Assembly: GCA_963707985.1 (NCBI GenBank)
Contig: CAVPRW010000037.1
Coordinates: 96,001-160,000, forward strand
Direction: 5' to 3'
DNA: 64,000 nt
DNA from: an uncultured Nitrospinota bacterium
GTDB lineage: Bacteria; Tectomicrobia; Entotheonellia; J063; CAVPRW01
How positions within the stretch are numbered: the first letter of the stretch is position 1; each line of letters begins with the position of its first letter. Shown here piece after piece: positions 43,865 to 55,841 of the stretch. Position numbers and translations under genes: made by a program. Below the pieces are notes generated by a model. That model was not told the DNA's origin. It ran no database searches and saw only the letters and a list, made by a program, of their open reading frames with translations.

Positions 43865-46800
43865 TCACCCCAATGCCGTCAGTAAGGCCTTGGCTTCTTG
43901 GAGATCGGCCGTGTCAAACCCCTCGGTGAACCAGCCATAGGTTTGTCTCAGCAGCTGACCCGCTTCATCGCGTTTACCCTGGTCCTGCCACAGGCGGCTC
44001 AGGCTCATGGCCGCCCGTAGCTCCAGGGCCTTTGCCTGCTGGCGGCGGGCAACGGCGAGGGCTTGAAAGAAGCAGGCTTCTGCCTCTGCATGAGGCATAG
44101 CCGGCCGAGCGAGCAACAACTCCCCCTGCAGACGATATAACTCAGCCTCATAGCATCGCTCACCTCGATCGTTCACTGCAGTCAGCGCCTCGGTGATGAC
44201 TCTCAGGCCCTCTTCGGCCTGTCCTCCGTTCAGATATGCTTCAGCCAGCAGGGCCAGGCAATATGACTGGGCCAGCTCTGTTCCCGTGGCCCGGTACGCT
44301 GCTAGGCCCTGGCGCAACAGTGCCATCCCCTGCTCTAGTTGACCCTGGAGGGCCAGCGCCCAGCCGCGCAGGATGGTCCCCATGGCCAACCAGAGCGTAA
44401 ATCCCTGTTCACACGCCAGGGCTATCGTCGCCTCGGCTCGCTCTTGAGCAGCTGGCCACTCCCGCCGGAGCTGATGGAGCACGGCAGCACAGCCAAGCGC
44501 ATATACCAGGCTGAAGGGGTGCGCCAGCTCAGGCGCGAGGGTGAGCGCTGCGTCGCTGCGTTGGAGGGCTTGCTCCGCAAAGCCCATCGACCATAGGACA
44601 CGCCCTGCAAAGGCTAGGCAAGCCACACCAGGGTTTTGAATGGTCCCAAAGGCCAGGGCGCGGTGCTGCTTGGGGTCATAGAGGGCGATTCCCTGCTCCA
44701 GGTGGGTTCGGGCCTGGGCCAACTCGCCGAGCCAATAGGCGCTTGTTCCAAGTGCCTGGTGGGATACTAAGAGGAGCTCCGGGTCTTGGGCGCGCTGGGC
44801 CAACTCGTAGAGTTGCGCCTCAAGTGCGTGTGCGGGGCGGAACTCGGCGCGTTGTTGATAATACAGCCGTAAGCCATACAGCACTGAGACGAGCGGTGGC
44901 ACCTCCTCTACCTGCTGACACAGCTCGTGCGCACGGGCATAGGCCTGTTCTACCTCTAGAGCGGCATAACCCTTGGTGGCGATCAGCGCTGGCCCAAGGG
45001 CAGTCTGCAGGTCCAGTTCCTGTCGAATACGCTCAGGGGTATCCGGCAGCGTCTTGAGTACTTCGAGCCCCTTGGTGAGATGGCTGATCGCTTCGAGGTT
45101 GGCCGAGCGCTCGATGGCGCGCTCGCCAGCTCGCTGCCAGCAAAGTAGAGCCTGCTTGCCAAGACCCGCCTCGGTATAGTGGTGGGCTAACAGCTCGGGT
45201 AGGGTGGCGGCCAGGATCGGAAAATGCTCGGCCAGCACCTGGGCCACCTTCTGGTGATACTGCCGCCGGGTAGGCCCGGGCACTGCCTGATACACTGCCT
45301 CTTGGGTGAGGATATGCTTGAAGGTATATGTGGAATGGGAGCCAAGGCTTCTGGGGAAGAGAAACTCCGCAGCCTGGAGGTGCGCGAGGCTGCGCTGCAG
45401 CGTTTCCTCTGGCTGGGCGACGAGGGCCTGTAGTACGGGGGCGGCGACATCTTTGCCGATGACTGAGGCGGCTTCCAGGAGTCGCTTCTCGCTCGCTGGT
45501 AAACGATCAATGCGCGCTGCTAGCACTGCTTGAATGGTATCTGGCACTGCTAGGGTTAGGTAGCCTTCCCCATGCTCTCGTACCGTGTGGCCCAACTCTT
45601 CCAGAAAAAAGGGATTACCCTCCCCTTTGGCTAAAAGCTGCTGTTCGAGAGCAGGTATCAGGGGGCGGTCGGCCAGCACACTCTGGACCACCTGACGGCT
45701 AGCGTTCGGATGCAGAGGCTGGAGGGCGATTTGGGTCGCATAGGACCTGTCTCCCCAAAGCGGGCGATATCCCGGGCGGAAGGTCACTAACACCAGGATC
45801 GATACTCCTGCCAGCCCCTCCACGAAAGATGCCAGCAAGGCCTCTGAGGTGGGGTCGATCCAGTGCAAGTTCTCCACGGCCAGGACCAGGGGCTGTTGTT
45901 GACTACTGGCGAAGAAGAGCCGCTGGAAGGTCTCGAAGGTACGCACCCGGCGCGCTTCGGCGCTGAGCCTAGAGAGCATGTCAGCGGCTACGGGCACGCC
46001 CAGGAGGTGGAGGAGATACGGCAAGCTGGCTTTTGGGTCGAGGCTCGTCTGCTGAAGACTTGCGCTCACCTTCGCTATGAGCACTTCTGGTTGATCGTCC
46101 GTGTCGATGCCGCAGTATTCCCGCAACAGGTCCGTGACAGGCAAATAGGGCATCACAGTCCCATAGGCCAGGCACTGCCCTTCCACATACGTGACACGAT
46201 GCCCGCTAAGGCGCTGGCGAAACTCATCGAGGAGTCGCGATTTGCCCATCCCAGCCGCACCCACCAGGCTCACGACCTGTCCCCGTGCCGCCTTGACCTG
46301 ATCGAGGACAGTCTGCAAGAGCATCAGTTCCTGCTCCCGGCCCACGAATGGACTTCGCAGAGGCCTTCGCTGCTCACCCAGCGGCAGGCGGCTTGAGCTC
46401 ACTCCCACGACGGCATACCCAGCCGCACGCGTCGGGTCTTGCCTGGGTATGGACAGCTGCCGTGCCTCCAGCGCCACCCAGCCCTCAACCAGACGCCCCA
46501 CGTCTGGGGATACCAGGATCTCCCCCGCTGCTGCCTGTCCCAGCAGCCGTATAGGCAGCGCCAGTGTGTCTCTCACGGCTAACACCCGCGCCGTTGGGAC
46601 GGAAACCTGACTATCCACTTGCACAGCACCCAGGTGCACCGCCAGACGTACCTCAGGACAGGTAGGCAGATCCGGAGCCGCGGCTGCCAGCGCCATCTGC
46701 CGGATGGCCAGCGCACTGTGCACGGCTCGCTGGGGTAATTGCTCGAGCGGGCGGGGTAGCCCAAACACCCAGGTCAGGAGCGCTGGCGTACGTTGCAGGA

Positions 46801-48166
46801 GGTCCCCTCCAAAGCCTTGCACTTTGTCAACAACCGCTTTCTCCCAGCGCGATATTTCGGTCCAGGGTTCGTAAGATGAGGACTCACGCCCAGCGGCTTC
46901 CGGCCAGGTCACCTCCAGGACGAGGACCGCTACCGTCTTCTGTTCCCAAGTCGTCATGTCGTGTCGCGGTGTTATGCGCGGCATCTTGCGGCACTGCCGT
47001 CTTCTGAGCATTTTCCCCTTCATCCTTCTCCGCCAGGGTTGGCGCGCGGGGAACGGCCAGCTCATGAAGAGGCACCTCGCGGTGAGAAGGGGATTCTCGT
47101 GCACCTGTCCGAGGTGAAAGCTGCGACGCGAGTGCCGGCGGGGTGTCGAGACGGGGACGGGTGATGCCATAGCGTTGCAGACGATAGCGCACGGTATCCC
47201 GGCTCACCCCCAGTAGTCGGGCTGCCCGCGTCACATTGCCTCCCGTTTGCAAGAGCGCCTGCCGAATCTGCTCCGCTTCTGCCGGCAGAGAGGCCTCTGA
47301 CGTGTGATCTAGGGAGGACAAGGCGACTCCCCTGGACATGTCTGACGCTGGCGAAGTAAGGCAGAGCTGCATCAGGCTCTTCGCGTCGAGTTCCACCCCC
47401 AGGTGCAATAAGGTCGACCCGCTCCATCACATGGCTCAACTCCCGTATATTCCCCGGCCACCCATAGCCCTGTACCCACGCCTGGGCTGCGGTGTTCAGG
47501 TACTTCGGCGCCACCCCATGCAAAACGGTATAGTGGCGCAAATACATCTCGGCCAGCAGCAGGACATCCTCGCCCCGTACCCTCAAGGGGGGCAGCGTCA
47601 GGACTACCACTGCCAGCCGATGGTATAGATCTACCCGAAAGCGGCCCGTTGATATGGCCTCAGGCAAGGACGCATTCGTGGCAGCCACGAACTTCACATC
47701 GACGACACGCTCCGCCACTGCCCCTAGGCGTCGCACCCGTTTGATCTCGATCGCGCTCAGCAACTTGCCTTGTAAGACCAGCGGCAGGGCGTCGATCTCG
47801 TCCAACAGTAATGTCCCGCCCGAGGCGGCCTCGAATAGCCCGGGCTTGGCACGCTTGGCATCGGTGAAGGCCCCCGCCTCAAAACCAAAGAGTTCAGCTT
47901 CCAGCAGACGTCTCGGGAATCGCGGCGCAGTTCACCTCAATGAACGGCCCAGCGGCTCGGGGTCCACTGTCATGGAGCACGCGCGCCACCAATCCCTTGC
48001 CGGTGCCGGTCTCGCCTTGGAGCAAGAGAGTGGGGACGGCGGGGCTGCCTAGGTTGTCGAAGTGGGCTAGATGGCGGATCTGCCCCCGTAGCGCTACCAT
48101 AGCAGCGGAGCTCCCCACCAGCCGATCGGTCGGATGAGCGTCAAGGTGTGGACGCGAGTCAGCCAT
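43865..48166 (-). CDS. Sigma54 activator (AAA+, Fis HTH) fused to degenerate class III cyclase, STAND ATPase and TPR (three frameshifts, near 47905, 47415 and 46955)
   Basis: [58 protein letters not shown] and TPR tail [10 protein letters not shown]. Confidence 0.85.
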
Positions 48167-48460
48167 GGCTATGCCTCTTCTGGATGGCCACCCAGCACCG
48201 CCGCTGCAGGACCTCTAGTCACGCGACATGCAGGCAGGCGAGCCTCGGAGGTGGCTTGCTGGATGATCCAACTGCTCCGAGGGGCCTATTCATCTTCGAC
48301 AATAATCAATTATCGATGGTTTAGATCACTGATGCAAGCGTGATCAGCGCTCATCGACACTTACGCTTGGTTGCAGGCATCAACCACCGCAACAACGGCG
48401 TCGAAAGCCGTTCCTTAGGCCTCCTCCGACCATTTGGTTCCATCTTGACGCCGTGCCCCA

Positions 48461-48495
48461 GAAATGGGGGTGAAATGGGGGTAACCCCCACTTTC
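48461..48495. promoter_or_regulatory. Candidate enhancer (UAS) for a sigma54 activator
   Basis: Tandem GAAATGGGGGT x2 followed by the near-inverted copy ACCCCCACTTTC. Confidence 0.5.
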
Positions 48496-48644
48496 CACCA
48501 CCAAAACTGGGAGTAAAGAGTTTTAGTGCCAGTTTTCTTGTATCCCAACCGAGGTTCTGAGCGCGCCAGCCTTTCCGCCGTACCTATTGCCAGAACAACA
48601 CTTTATCTGCTGACGTTAGGGGCTCATAGGGGTATACATGCCTC

Positions 48645-48660
48645 TGGTATAGCCGTTGCA
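48645..48660 (+). promoter_or_regulatory. Sigma54 -24/-12 promoter
   Basis: TGGTATAGCCGTTGCA (GG-N10-GC), divergent from the activator gene. Confidence 0.6.
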
Positions 48661-48960
48661 TTTCCTGAGGGAGACAGACTGCTAGTGCCAGATGAGCTGG
48701 CCCACGGGGGTCCCGTGCCCGTGCCCCAGTTCCCAGTTGCCGAAAGAACTACGCCCAATTCGTGCTGGAGAGCTAGTCCGGTCCTATGCCTGAGCCGCCT
48801 CCCCCGTTCTGATCGCGGCACTGCTGTGATCGAATTAGAGGAGTCACCCACCATTCCCGCGAGTCCTGCCAATTGCCCAGCGGACGGACAAGGGGCAACA
48901 GATGATCGCGGAGAATTAGGATGTTAAGAAGGCTCCGACATCTCTCTCACGGAGGACGTC

Positions 48961-50610
48961 ATGCCTATATTTCAGACACGCCTCACCCCAGAGTCGATCG
49001 GACGCTATACCCGTTTGGGCCACTGGGGCACTGACACTTTCTATCCGATCCTCACCCAGCGGGCTGAGGCCCACTCGGACCGGGAATCGATCATCGATCC
49101 GCGTCAGCGCGTGACTTATGGGGAGCTTCTGGCCGGTGTTGATCGCGTCGCGGCGGCGTTCCAACACCTCGGCATCGGACCTGGCGACGTGGTCACCATC
49201 CAGCTGCCGAACTGGATCGAGTTCGCCTACGTCTTCTTTGCGCTCGAACGTATTGGGGCAGTGGCGAACCAGATTGGTCCCGACTTCAGGAGCCGGGAAG
49301 TCGAGTACATCCTACGCTTTTCTCAGAGCCACGCCTTCGTCTGCCCGGCCACCTTCAGGGGCTTCGATTACGTGCCCATGATCCGCGAGCTCCGGCCGAA
49401 GCTTCCCGATCTCAAGCTCGTGTGTGTTCTGGGCGGTATGGGGGATCCCGACACCGTTTCTCTGGACGACATGCTCTCTGCTACCCTCGCGCCGCAGCCC
49501 CTTGTGCCCCAGCCACTGGGCCCCAACGACGTCATGCGGATGGCTTTCACCTCCGGAACGACCGGGAACCCCAAAGGCGTCACCCATAGCTTCAACACTA
49601 CCCTACCCGCGTGCCGCATGCTGAACAGCGCCATGGAGGTGACGGCAGAGGACGTTTTCCTGGTCTACCTACCCCTCGGCCTGAACTGGGGGTACTTGAC
49701 CCTGCTTCAGGCCATCATGGCTGGCGCTCGTGCTGTGCTCCTTGACCGCTTCAGCGCCCGTACGGCGCTCGAGCTGATCGAACGAGAGCGCGTCACGTTC
49801 ATCCCAAGCGCGCCTGCCTCACTCATTGCCATGCTCAACGACCCTGAGCTCGCACGCTTCGATCTGACTTCTCTCCGGGTGGTCATCAGCGGCGGGGCTT
49901 CCTGCCCCGTCGAGACCATCCGCGCTTTCCGAGCCAGGATCTCTGGACACCTGATCGAGCTCTACGGCATGCTCGAGACCGGCTTCCACACCTTCACCCG
50001 CGTGACGGACGACCCCGAAGCCGTGGCCGGCACCATCGGCCGTTCGGCCCCTGGCATGGGGCTCAGGCTCATCGACGAGGCCGGGCAGGACGTCCCGCCC
50101 GGCGCCGAGGGCGAGATTGCGGCCGAGGGACCCACTGTGCACCTCGGTTATCATAAAAATCCCTCCGCCAACGCCGAGTTGTTCACCGCGGATGGCTGGT
50201 TTCGCACGGGCGACCTCGGTCAGTTGGATGCAGCCGGCAATGTGAAGATCGTCGGGCGGTTGAAGGAGATGATCAATCGTGGCGGCCAGAAGTTCTTTCC
50301 ACGCGAGATCGAGGAACTCCTCTACACCCATCCCCAGATCCTGCACGCGGCCATCGTCGGGGTGCCGGACCCACGCCTCGGCGAGCGCAACTGCCTCTGC
50401 GTGATCCCGCGAGAAGGGGCCAGCCTCTCCCTCGCTGAGGTTGTAGCCTTTCTCAAAGACCGTATCGCAACCTATAAGCTTCCAGAGGAGATGGAGATTT
50501 TCGATGACTTCCCGTTCACTCCGACTGGCAAGATCCAGCGCCACGTGCTGACTCGTCGGGTTCTGGACAGGCGAAAGTCGCAGGTCTATGGTTTCCCCTG
50601 GCACGGGTAG
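48961..50610 (+). CDS. Acyl/aryl-CoA ligase (AMP-binding, cyclohexanecarboxylate-CoA ligase-like)
   Basis: FTSGTTGNPKG, YGMLE, FRTGD and TGKIQ. Confidence 0.9.
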   Translation: MPIFQTRLTPESIGRYTRLGHWGTDTFYPILTQRAEAHSDRESIIDPRQRVTYGELLAGVDRVAAAFQHLGIGPGDVVTIQLPNWIEFAYVFFALERIGAVANQIGPDFRSREVEYILRFSQSHAFVCPATFRGFDYVPMIRELRPKLPDLKLVCVLGGMGDPDTVSLDDMLSATLAPQPLVPQPLGPNDVMRMAFTSGTTGNPKGVTHSFNTTLPACRMLNSAMEVTAEDVFLVYLPLGLNWGYLTLLQAIMAGARAVLLDRFSARTALELIERERVTFIPSAPASLIAMLNDPELARFDLTSLRVVISGGASCPVETIRAFRARISGHLIELYGMLETGFHTFTRVTDDPEAVAGTIGRSAPGMGLRLIDEAGQDVPPGAEGEIAAEGPTVHLGYHKNPSANAELFTADGWFRTGDLGQLDAAGNVKIVGRLKEMINRGGQKFFPREIEELLYTHPQILHAAIVGVPDPRLGERNCLCVIPREGASLSLAEVVAFLKDRIATYKLPEEMEIFDDFPFTPTGKIQRHVLTRRVLDRRKSQVYGFPWHG

Positions 50611-50753
50611 AGATGGCCCACCGAGATACGCGGTAATCAGGCTCTATCGTTGTTCAAAAGGCTCCCCTAGCGAGTCATGGCGATCATGGACCGCGCCGGC
50701 AGTGTGCCGGTTTCCATTACTGTCCCGCCCCGTGCGGGCCGCCGGAGGTGGAT

Positions 50754-51767
50754 ATGGATATGCACTTGAGCCCTGCAGGCATCATCCAAATGGGCGTGGG
50801 ATTCTGGGGGCCGAAAACGCTCCTCAGTGCGATTGAACTGGGCGTGTTTACCGAGCTTGCGACGGGCGCGCTGGCTGGCGAGCCGTTGCGCGAGCGCCTC
50901 GGTCTCCACCCCAGGAGCGCCCGCGATTTCTTTGACGCACTCGTCGCCCTCGGCATGCTCGAACGTCAGGATGGCCTCTACGCCAATACGCCCGAAACGG
51001 ACTTGTTCCTCGACCGGGCGAAGCCCACCTATATCGGGGGCTATCTCGAGATGATCAACGCCCGCCTGTATGGGTTTTGGGGGGCACTCACCGAGGCCCT
51101 TCGCAGCGGCGAGCCACAGAATGAGATCAAGACCGGAGGCGAGTTATTTTCGGTGCTCTACCAAGATCCCGTCCGGCTCAAGCAGTTTCTGCAGGCGATG
51201 ACCGGCTACAGCCTGGGGACAGCCCACGCCATCGCCCACAAGTTCCCCTGGGCACGGTATCGGACGTTCATCGACGTCGGGTGTGCCCAGGGATGCGTCC
51301 CCGTCCAGGTCGCCCTGGCCCATCCGCACGTGTCCGGAGGCGGGTTCGACCTTCCAGTCGTGAGGCCGATCTTCGAGGAGTATGTCACCTCCTTCAGGCT
51401 CGGGAGCCGACTGCAATTCTACCCGGGTGATTTTTTTCAGGACCCCATGCCGCCAGCCGAGGTCTTAGCGCTGGGGAGGGTCCTGCATGACTGGAATCTT
51501 GAGGAGAAGAAACTGTTGCTCGCCAAGGCCTATGCGGCCTTACCCACGGGAGGGGCACTGATCATCTACGAGTCGCTCATCGATGACGCGCGCCGGCAGC
51601 ACGCACGCGGCTTGCTGATGAGCTTGACCATGCTGATCGAGACGACAGGAGGGTTCGACTTCACGGGGGCCGACTGTTGCGGCTGGATGCGAGAGGTGGG
51701 CTTCCATGACACCTACGTGGGGCATCTCGACGGACCCGACTCCATGGCCGTGGGGATCAAGGGTTAG
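50754..51767 (+). CDS. Small-molecule O-methyltransferase (Methyltransf_2 + dimerisation domain)
   Basis: [12 protein letters not shown] and LHDW. Confidence 0.9.
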   Translation: MDMHLSPAGIIQMGVGFWGPKTLLSAIELGVFTELATGALAGEPLRERLGLHPRSARDFFDALVALGMLERQDGLYANTPETDLFLDRAKPTYIGGYLEMINARLYGFWGALTEALRSGEPQNEIKTGGELFSVLYQDPVRLKQFLQAMTGYSLGTAHAIAHKFPWARYRTFIDVGCAQGCVPVQVALAHPHVSGGGFDLPVVRPIFEEYVTSFRLGSRLQFYPGDFFQDPMPPAEVLALGRVLHDWNLEEKKLLLAKAYAALPTGGALIIYESLIDDARRQHARGLLMSLTMLIETTGGFDFTGADCCGWMREVGFHDTYVGHLDGPDSMAVGIKG

Positions 51768-51893
51768 GTAGCGACCGTTCCGTGAGGCCCGTCGGGGAAA
51801 CGGAGGAAACGACCAGCCAGAGGCTCTCCGTGCGTTTGCTGACAAGCGAGGATTCTGCCCTCCAGGCGACGTGTCGCATAGAACCGACAGGGG

Positions 51894-52373
51894 TCAGATG
51901 GGGATCACCAGGAGGGTATCGATGCGTGAGGAGTCACAGACCACGGTCTTTTCCTGAAACAACCAGGCGCCCTCGCGTTCCACCAGCACGTCGTCGAAGA
52001 AGCCCACCGCAAACACGATCATCTCACCTGTGTGCATGGTACGAATGACCTGAAAGTTCGTATGGACGCGCCACCTGCCCTCGGGCTCCTCACGCACCAG
52101 GCGCGTCCCCGAGACCAGATGCCGGTACATATGGGGTTCAAAGATGTTCGCCCGCCGCAGAGACATGATGCGATCCTGCATCATGCCCTGCCCCCGGCAG
52201 TAGAAAAACGCGGCCGGCAAGCCACGGGCATAATTGTCCCGGGAAATGATCCGGTACAGCCCATCCGCCGTAAAAAAAAGCGGCCAGCGTTCCAGGGCGT
52301 CGTCATCGATGCAGCCGATATACTCCGCAGTCAGGCGCTCAACGCGGTAGATGAGGTTGTCGGCCGGTGCCAT
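51894..52373 (-). CDS. Aromatic ring-hydroxylating oxygenase beta subunit
   Basis: WPLFF, DRI, RHLVS and LLVIPI. Directly after the alpha subunit. Confidence 0.9.
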   Translation of the reverse strand: MAPADNLIYRVERLTAEYIGCIDDDALERWPLFFTADGLYRIISRDNYARGLPAAFFYCRGQGMMQDRIMSLRRANIFEPHMYRHLVSGTRLVREEPEGRWRVHTNFQVIRTMHTGEMIVFAVGFFDDVLVEREGAWLFQEKTVVCDSSRIDTLLVIPI

Positions 52374-52390
52374 GCTCTCTCTTCGCCCCG

Positions 52391-53638
52391 TTACAGGTCC
52401 ATCATAGTCCGATACGCCTGCCAGAAGCCGCGCACGGACGCCTCACTCACTCGGCTGCCCTGACGTGTGACCTCACGACCGCCCATTTCGAGCACCGCTG
52501 TCTGGTCCGGGTCCTGAGCGATGGTCCGTTGCACCCAGTTGCCGATCATGCCGTCTTCCATCGACACCAGCCCGGCGGGGCCGATCAAATTGCTCTGCAG
52601 CAAGCGCATTTCGGCCTGCTCCGGGGTATCGTCGGCGTAGCCGAACAGCAGCCAGTGTAGCTCGCAGGCGTCCACCCCCTGCGGCACCATCAAGCGGAGG
52701 GCCAGCGAATTCTGGATTTGCTGCACGACCAGGTTGGGGAAGATCCCCTGGATGGCGTTGGTGATGCCGTCCGGGAACTCCGGCCAGGTCTGCAACAAGC
52801 GCGGATCCTCAAGCCGAAAATCCTGTTGCATGGAGCGCAGCGTGCCCTGGGCATACTCCGTCCCCGCCATCTCCTCCACACTGCGCTTCGACCAGCTCAG
52901 ATGATGTCCGCCACAGGAGCTGATCTCGAGGCCACCTTCCATTGACAGCCGATTCAGCCCAAAGGTGGTCAGGAACAGGTGGAGAATGCTCGCGTGGTAG
53001 GTGTCCTTGACGTTCTCCATGTACAGCTTCCAGTTATTGTGCATCAGCTGGCTGTAGCTGCCGAGGATGCGGATGGGACGATGAAAGATTCTGGCGATGT
53101 GGGCCGTCATCCGCTCGCCCAGATACTCGGCCAGGGGTGTCACATCTTCGGAGAAGGTGGCAAACACCAGCCCGTGCAGGGATTCAACCCGTAGGCGGTG
53201 CAGGCCATGTGCGGAGAAATCGAAATCGGGGGGCAAGCCACCCTGGTTGCGGATGCCGTGCCGAAAGGCCACGCCGCGCAGGCGACCTTCCAGATCAAAC
53301 GTCCAGTTATGGTAGACACAGGTGAATTGGTTGGCATGCCCACGCCGTTCCACGCAGAGCATCGCCCCTCGATGGGCACAGCGATTGACGAACGCCTTCA
53401 TCGTGCCTTGGGCATCCCGCACCATGATCACCGGCGTATCGCCGATGCGGTGGGTGGTAAAATCGCCTGGGTTGGGGGTCTCGACCTCGAGCCCGAGCCA
53501 GTGCCAAGCGTCCCCGCGGAAGATCCGTTCCTGCTCGCACGCATACAGGGCCGGATCGGTAAAGACCTGGTAGGGCACGCGGCAGACGCCCAGGGCCGGC
53601 CATTGGAGCGAGAGGTCTGCGGTGGTCGCATGTGGCAT
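52391..53638 (-). CDS. Rieske oxygenase alpha subunit (salicylate 5-hydroxylase/anthranilate/terephthalate type)
   Basis: CAH..CVYH Rieske motif. ENVKDTYHASILH mononuclear iron site. SMEDG. Confidence 0.9.
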   Translation of the reverse strand: MPHATTADLSLQWPALGVCRVPYQVFTDPALYACEQERIFRGDAWHWLGLEVETPNPGDFTTHRIGDTPVIMVRDAQGTMKAFVNRCAHRGAMLCVERRGHANQFTCVYHNWTFDLEGRLRGVAFRHGIRNQGGLPPDFDFSAHGLHRLRVESLHGLVFATFSEDVTPLAEYLGERMTAHIARIFHRPIRILGSYSQLMHNNWKLYMENVKDTYHASILHLFLTTFGLNRLSMEGGLEISSCGGHHLSWSKRSVEEMAGTEYAQGTLRSMQQDFRLEDPRLLQTWPEFPDGITNAIQGIFPNLVVQQIQNSLALRLMVPQGVDACELHWLLFGYADDTPEQAEMRLLQSNLIGPAGLVSMEDGMIGNWVQRTIAQDPDQTAVLEMGGREVTRQGSRVSEASVRGFWQAYRTMMDL

Positions 53639-54135
53639 GATCTGGATCCCTCCTTGTTCCCTGATGGGGTACGTGCCTCCTGCACACGGCTTCGAGGTAT
53701 GGCCCTGGCAGACCCGACGGACACAATATGGACGAGGGCACGGTACGCGCTTTGCGCGCCGCTGTCAACCCTTCACCTCGTCATCGAAAACTACCCGAAC
53801 TCGCTTGACTTTGAGAGCGCATGCCGGTATTTCTGGGCCAGCCGCAACCACGCGGCTGCACGTCATCATGGCGCATTGTCCTCTTCCCTGAAGAGCGCCA
53901 GACCTTGGAACTGTGGCAATGGTGTGGTAACCAAAAAACGGTGAAATAGACACCCGACCCTGCCGCCAAGTTGTCTTCTGCGAGCCGGTACGGTATACAT
54001 GACGGCAGTCCCTTGGTGGCTTGTATTGATCACATACACTTATTGTCCCCCACGCCGTGCGCCAACGCCCAGAGAGGTGGCACAGGGGTGAACCGATCCT
54101 GATGGCTGGGCGTGGGGGATCGATGGAGAGCGACG

Positions 54136-55176
54136 ATGAAGGCTATAGCAATCACAGGTCAGGGTGGTATCGATACCATTCAGTACCTGGAGGTCGAACG
54201 GCCCAGGCTCGGACCCCGAGAGGTGCTCATCGAAACCCGAGCCGCGGCGCTGAATCACCTGGATATTTTCGTCCGAGACAACCTGGACGCGCTGAAGCTG
54301 GCGGCTCCCCATGTCGCCGGGGCCGATGCGGCCGGGGTGGTGGCTGAGGTCGGAAACGACGTGCAGACGGTCAAGGTCGGTGACCGGGTGCTGATCAATC
54401 CTGGGCTCAACTGTGGGGTGTGCGAATTCTGTCAGGCGGGTGAGCAGAGCCTCTGCGTACGCTTCGGCATCATGGGGGAGACCTGTTCTGGCACGTTTGC
54501 CGAGTACTGTAAGGTCCCACACGAAAATGTCCACCCGGTACCCGAGGGATTTTCCTGGGAGGAGGCGGCGGCCTTGCCGCTGGTGTTTGTGACCGCCTGG
54601 CGCATGCTGATCAGCAAGGCTGCGATCAAGCCAGGGGAAGATATTTTGATCTTGGGCATCGGCGGCGGCGTGTCGACCGCCGTCTTACAGATTGTCAAAG
54701 CGATTGGCCTGAGGGCCTTCGTCACCTCCAGCAGTGACGACAAGCTGCAACAGGCCAAGAAGCTGGGTGCCGATGCGATAATCAACTACACGACGCAGGA
54801 CTTTGCGCGGGAGATACGCAATCTTACCAATCGGCGCGGCGTCGATGTGGTGGTCGATAGTGTGGGTGGGGACAGTTATGCCAAGAGTTTGGCGAGCCTG
54901 GTCAAGGGCGGCCGACTGGTGACCTGTGGCGCCACCGCGGGAACGCGCCCGCAGACGGACCTGCAACGCATTTTCTGGAATCAACTGTCGGTGTTCGGGT
55001 CGACCATGGGCAATCGGCGTGAGTTCGCCGAGATGCTGAAGTTCGTGGGCACGCGCGGCGTCAAGCCGGTCATCGATCAGGTGTTTCCGCTCGCCGAGGG
55101 TGCACACGCCTTCGCCAGGATGGAAGAGGGCAAGCAGTTCGGCAAGATTGTCCTCACAGTCGACGGTCACACCTGA
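54136..55176 (+). CDS. Zinc-binding dehydrogenase / quinone oxidoreductase-like
   Basis: ALNHLD, CGVCEFC..C, GSTMG and FGKIVL. Confidence 0.9.
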   Translation: MKAIAITGQGGIDTIQYLEVERPRLGPREVLIETRAAALNHLDIFVRDNLDALKLAAPHVAGADAAGVVAEVGNDVQTVKVGDRVLINPGLNCGVCEFCQAGEQSLCVRFGIMGETCSGTFAEYCKVPHENVHPVPEGFSWEEAAALPLVFVTAWRMLISKAAIKPGEDILILGIGGGVSTAVLQIVKAIGLRAFVTSSSDDKLQQAKKLGADAIINYTTQDFAREIRNLTNRRGVDVVVDSVGGDSYAKSLASLVKGGRLVTCGATAGTRPQTDLQRIFWNQLSVFGSTMGNRREFAEMLKFVGTRGVKPVIDQVFPLAEGAHAFARMEEGKQFGKIVLTVDGHT

Positions 55177-55228
55177 TCGTCTGGCCTCCGACGCCATCAA
55201 TCGCTCAAGGGCGTCGGAGTGCATCTCC

Positions 55229-55748
55229 CTACAGGTTTAATAAGACCCCCTCATGCCGCAGCAACCAGGCTTTCAGGGGTAACCCGCCGCCGAAACCGTG
55301 GAGCGATCCGTCGCTCCCCAGCACGCGGTGGCAGGGGGCGAGGATTGGCACCGGATTGGCGCCGCATGCCGCACCCACGGCACGGGCCGCCCTCGGAGCC
55401 CCAAGCGTGTGGGCCAATTCCCCATAGGAGACGGTGCGACCATAGGGGATTTGGGTGAGAGCCAGCCAGACGCGTTGATGGAAGGCGCTTCCCCGGACAT
55501 CGAGGGGGAGCGTAAAGTCATGGCGGGTGTCCGCGAAATACTCGCCCAGTTGGCTACATGTTTGCTCCAGCAACGCGCTTGTGGCGGTCAGCTCGCTGCA
55601 CCGGAGAGTACGATGCCAACCAGTGCTCGAGTATCCCTCTGCCTCCCTCACATGGGAAGATCACTTTGCAAACCCCGCGCTCCGAGCACGCGATCCACAG
55701 CACGCCAATGGGCGTGTCGAGCGATCCAACAGCAACTTCTGCACTCAT
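55229..55748 (-). CDS. ogt: Methylated-DNA-protein-cysteine methyltransferase (frameshift near 55600)
   Basis: DTPIG, IPYG, RAVG and PCHRV active site. Confidence 0.9.
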
Positions 55749-55841
55749 CGGCAAATCTCCTCAACGTTTGGGGTATGGGGTAATACCGCATCCAACAACA
55801 TACGATTGGCACAGCGATGTCGCCAATCACATGGTGACGGC

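Noticed and set aside
48588..48622. attC-like CAGAAC...GTTAGGG
   Set aside because: Too short and lacks complementary L arms.
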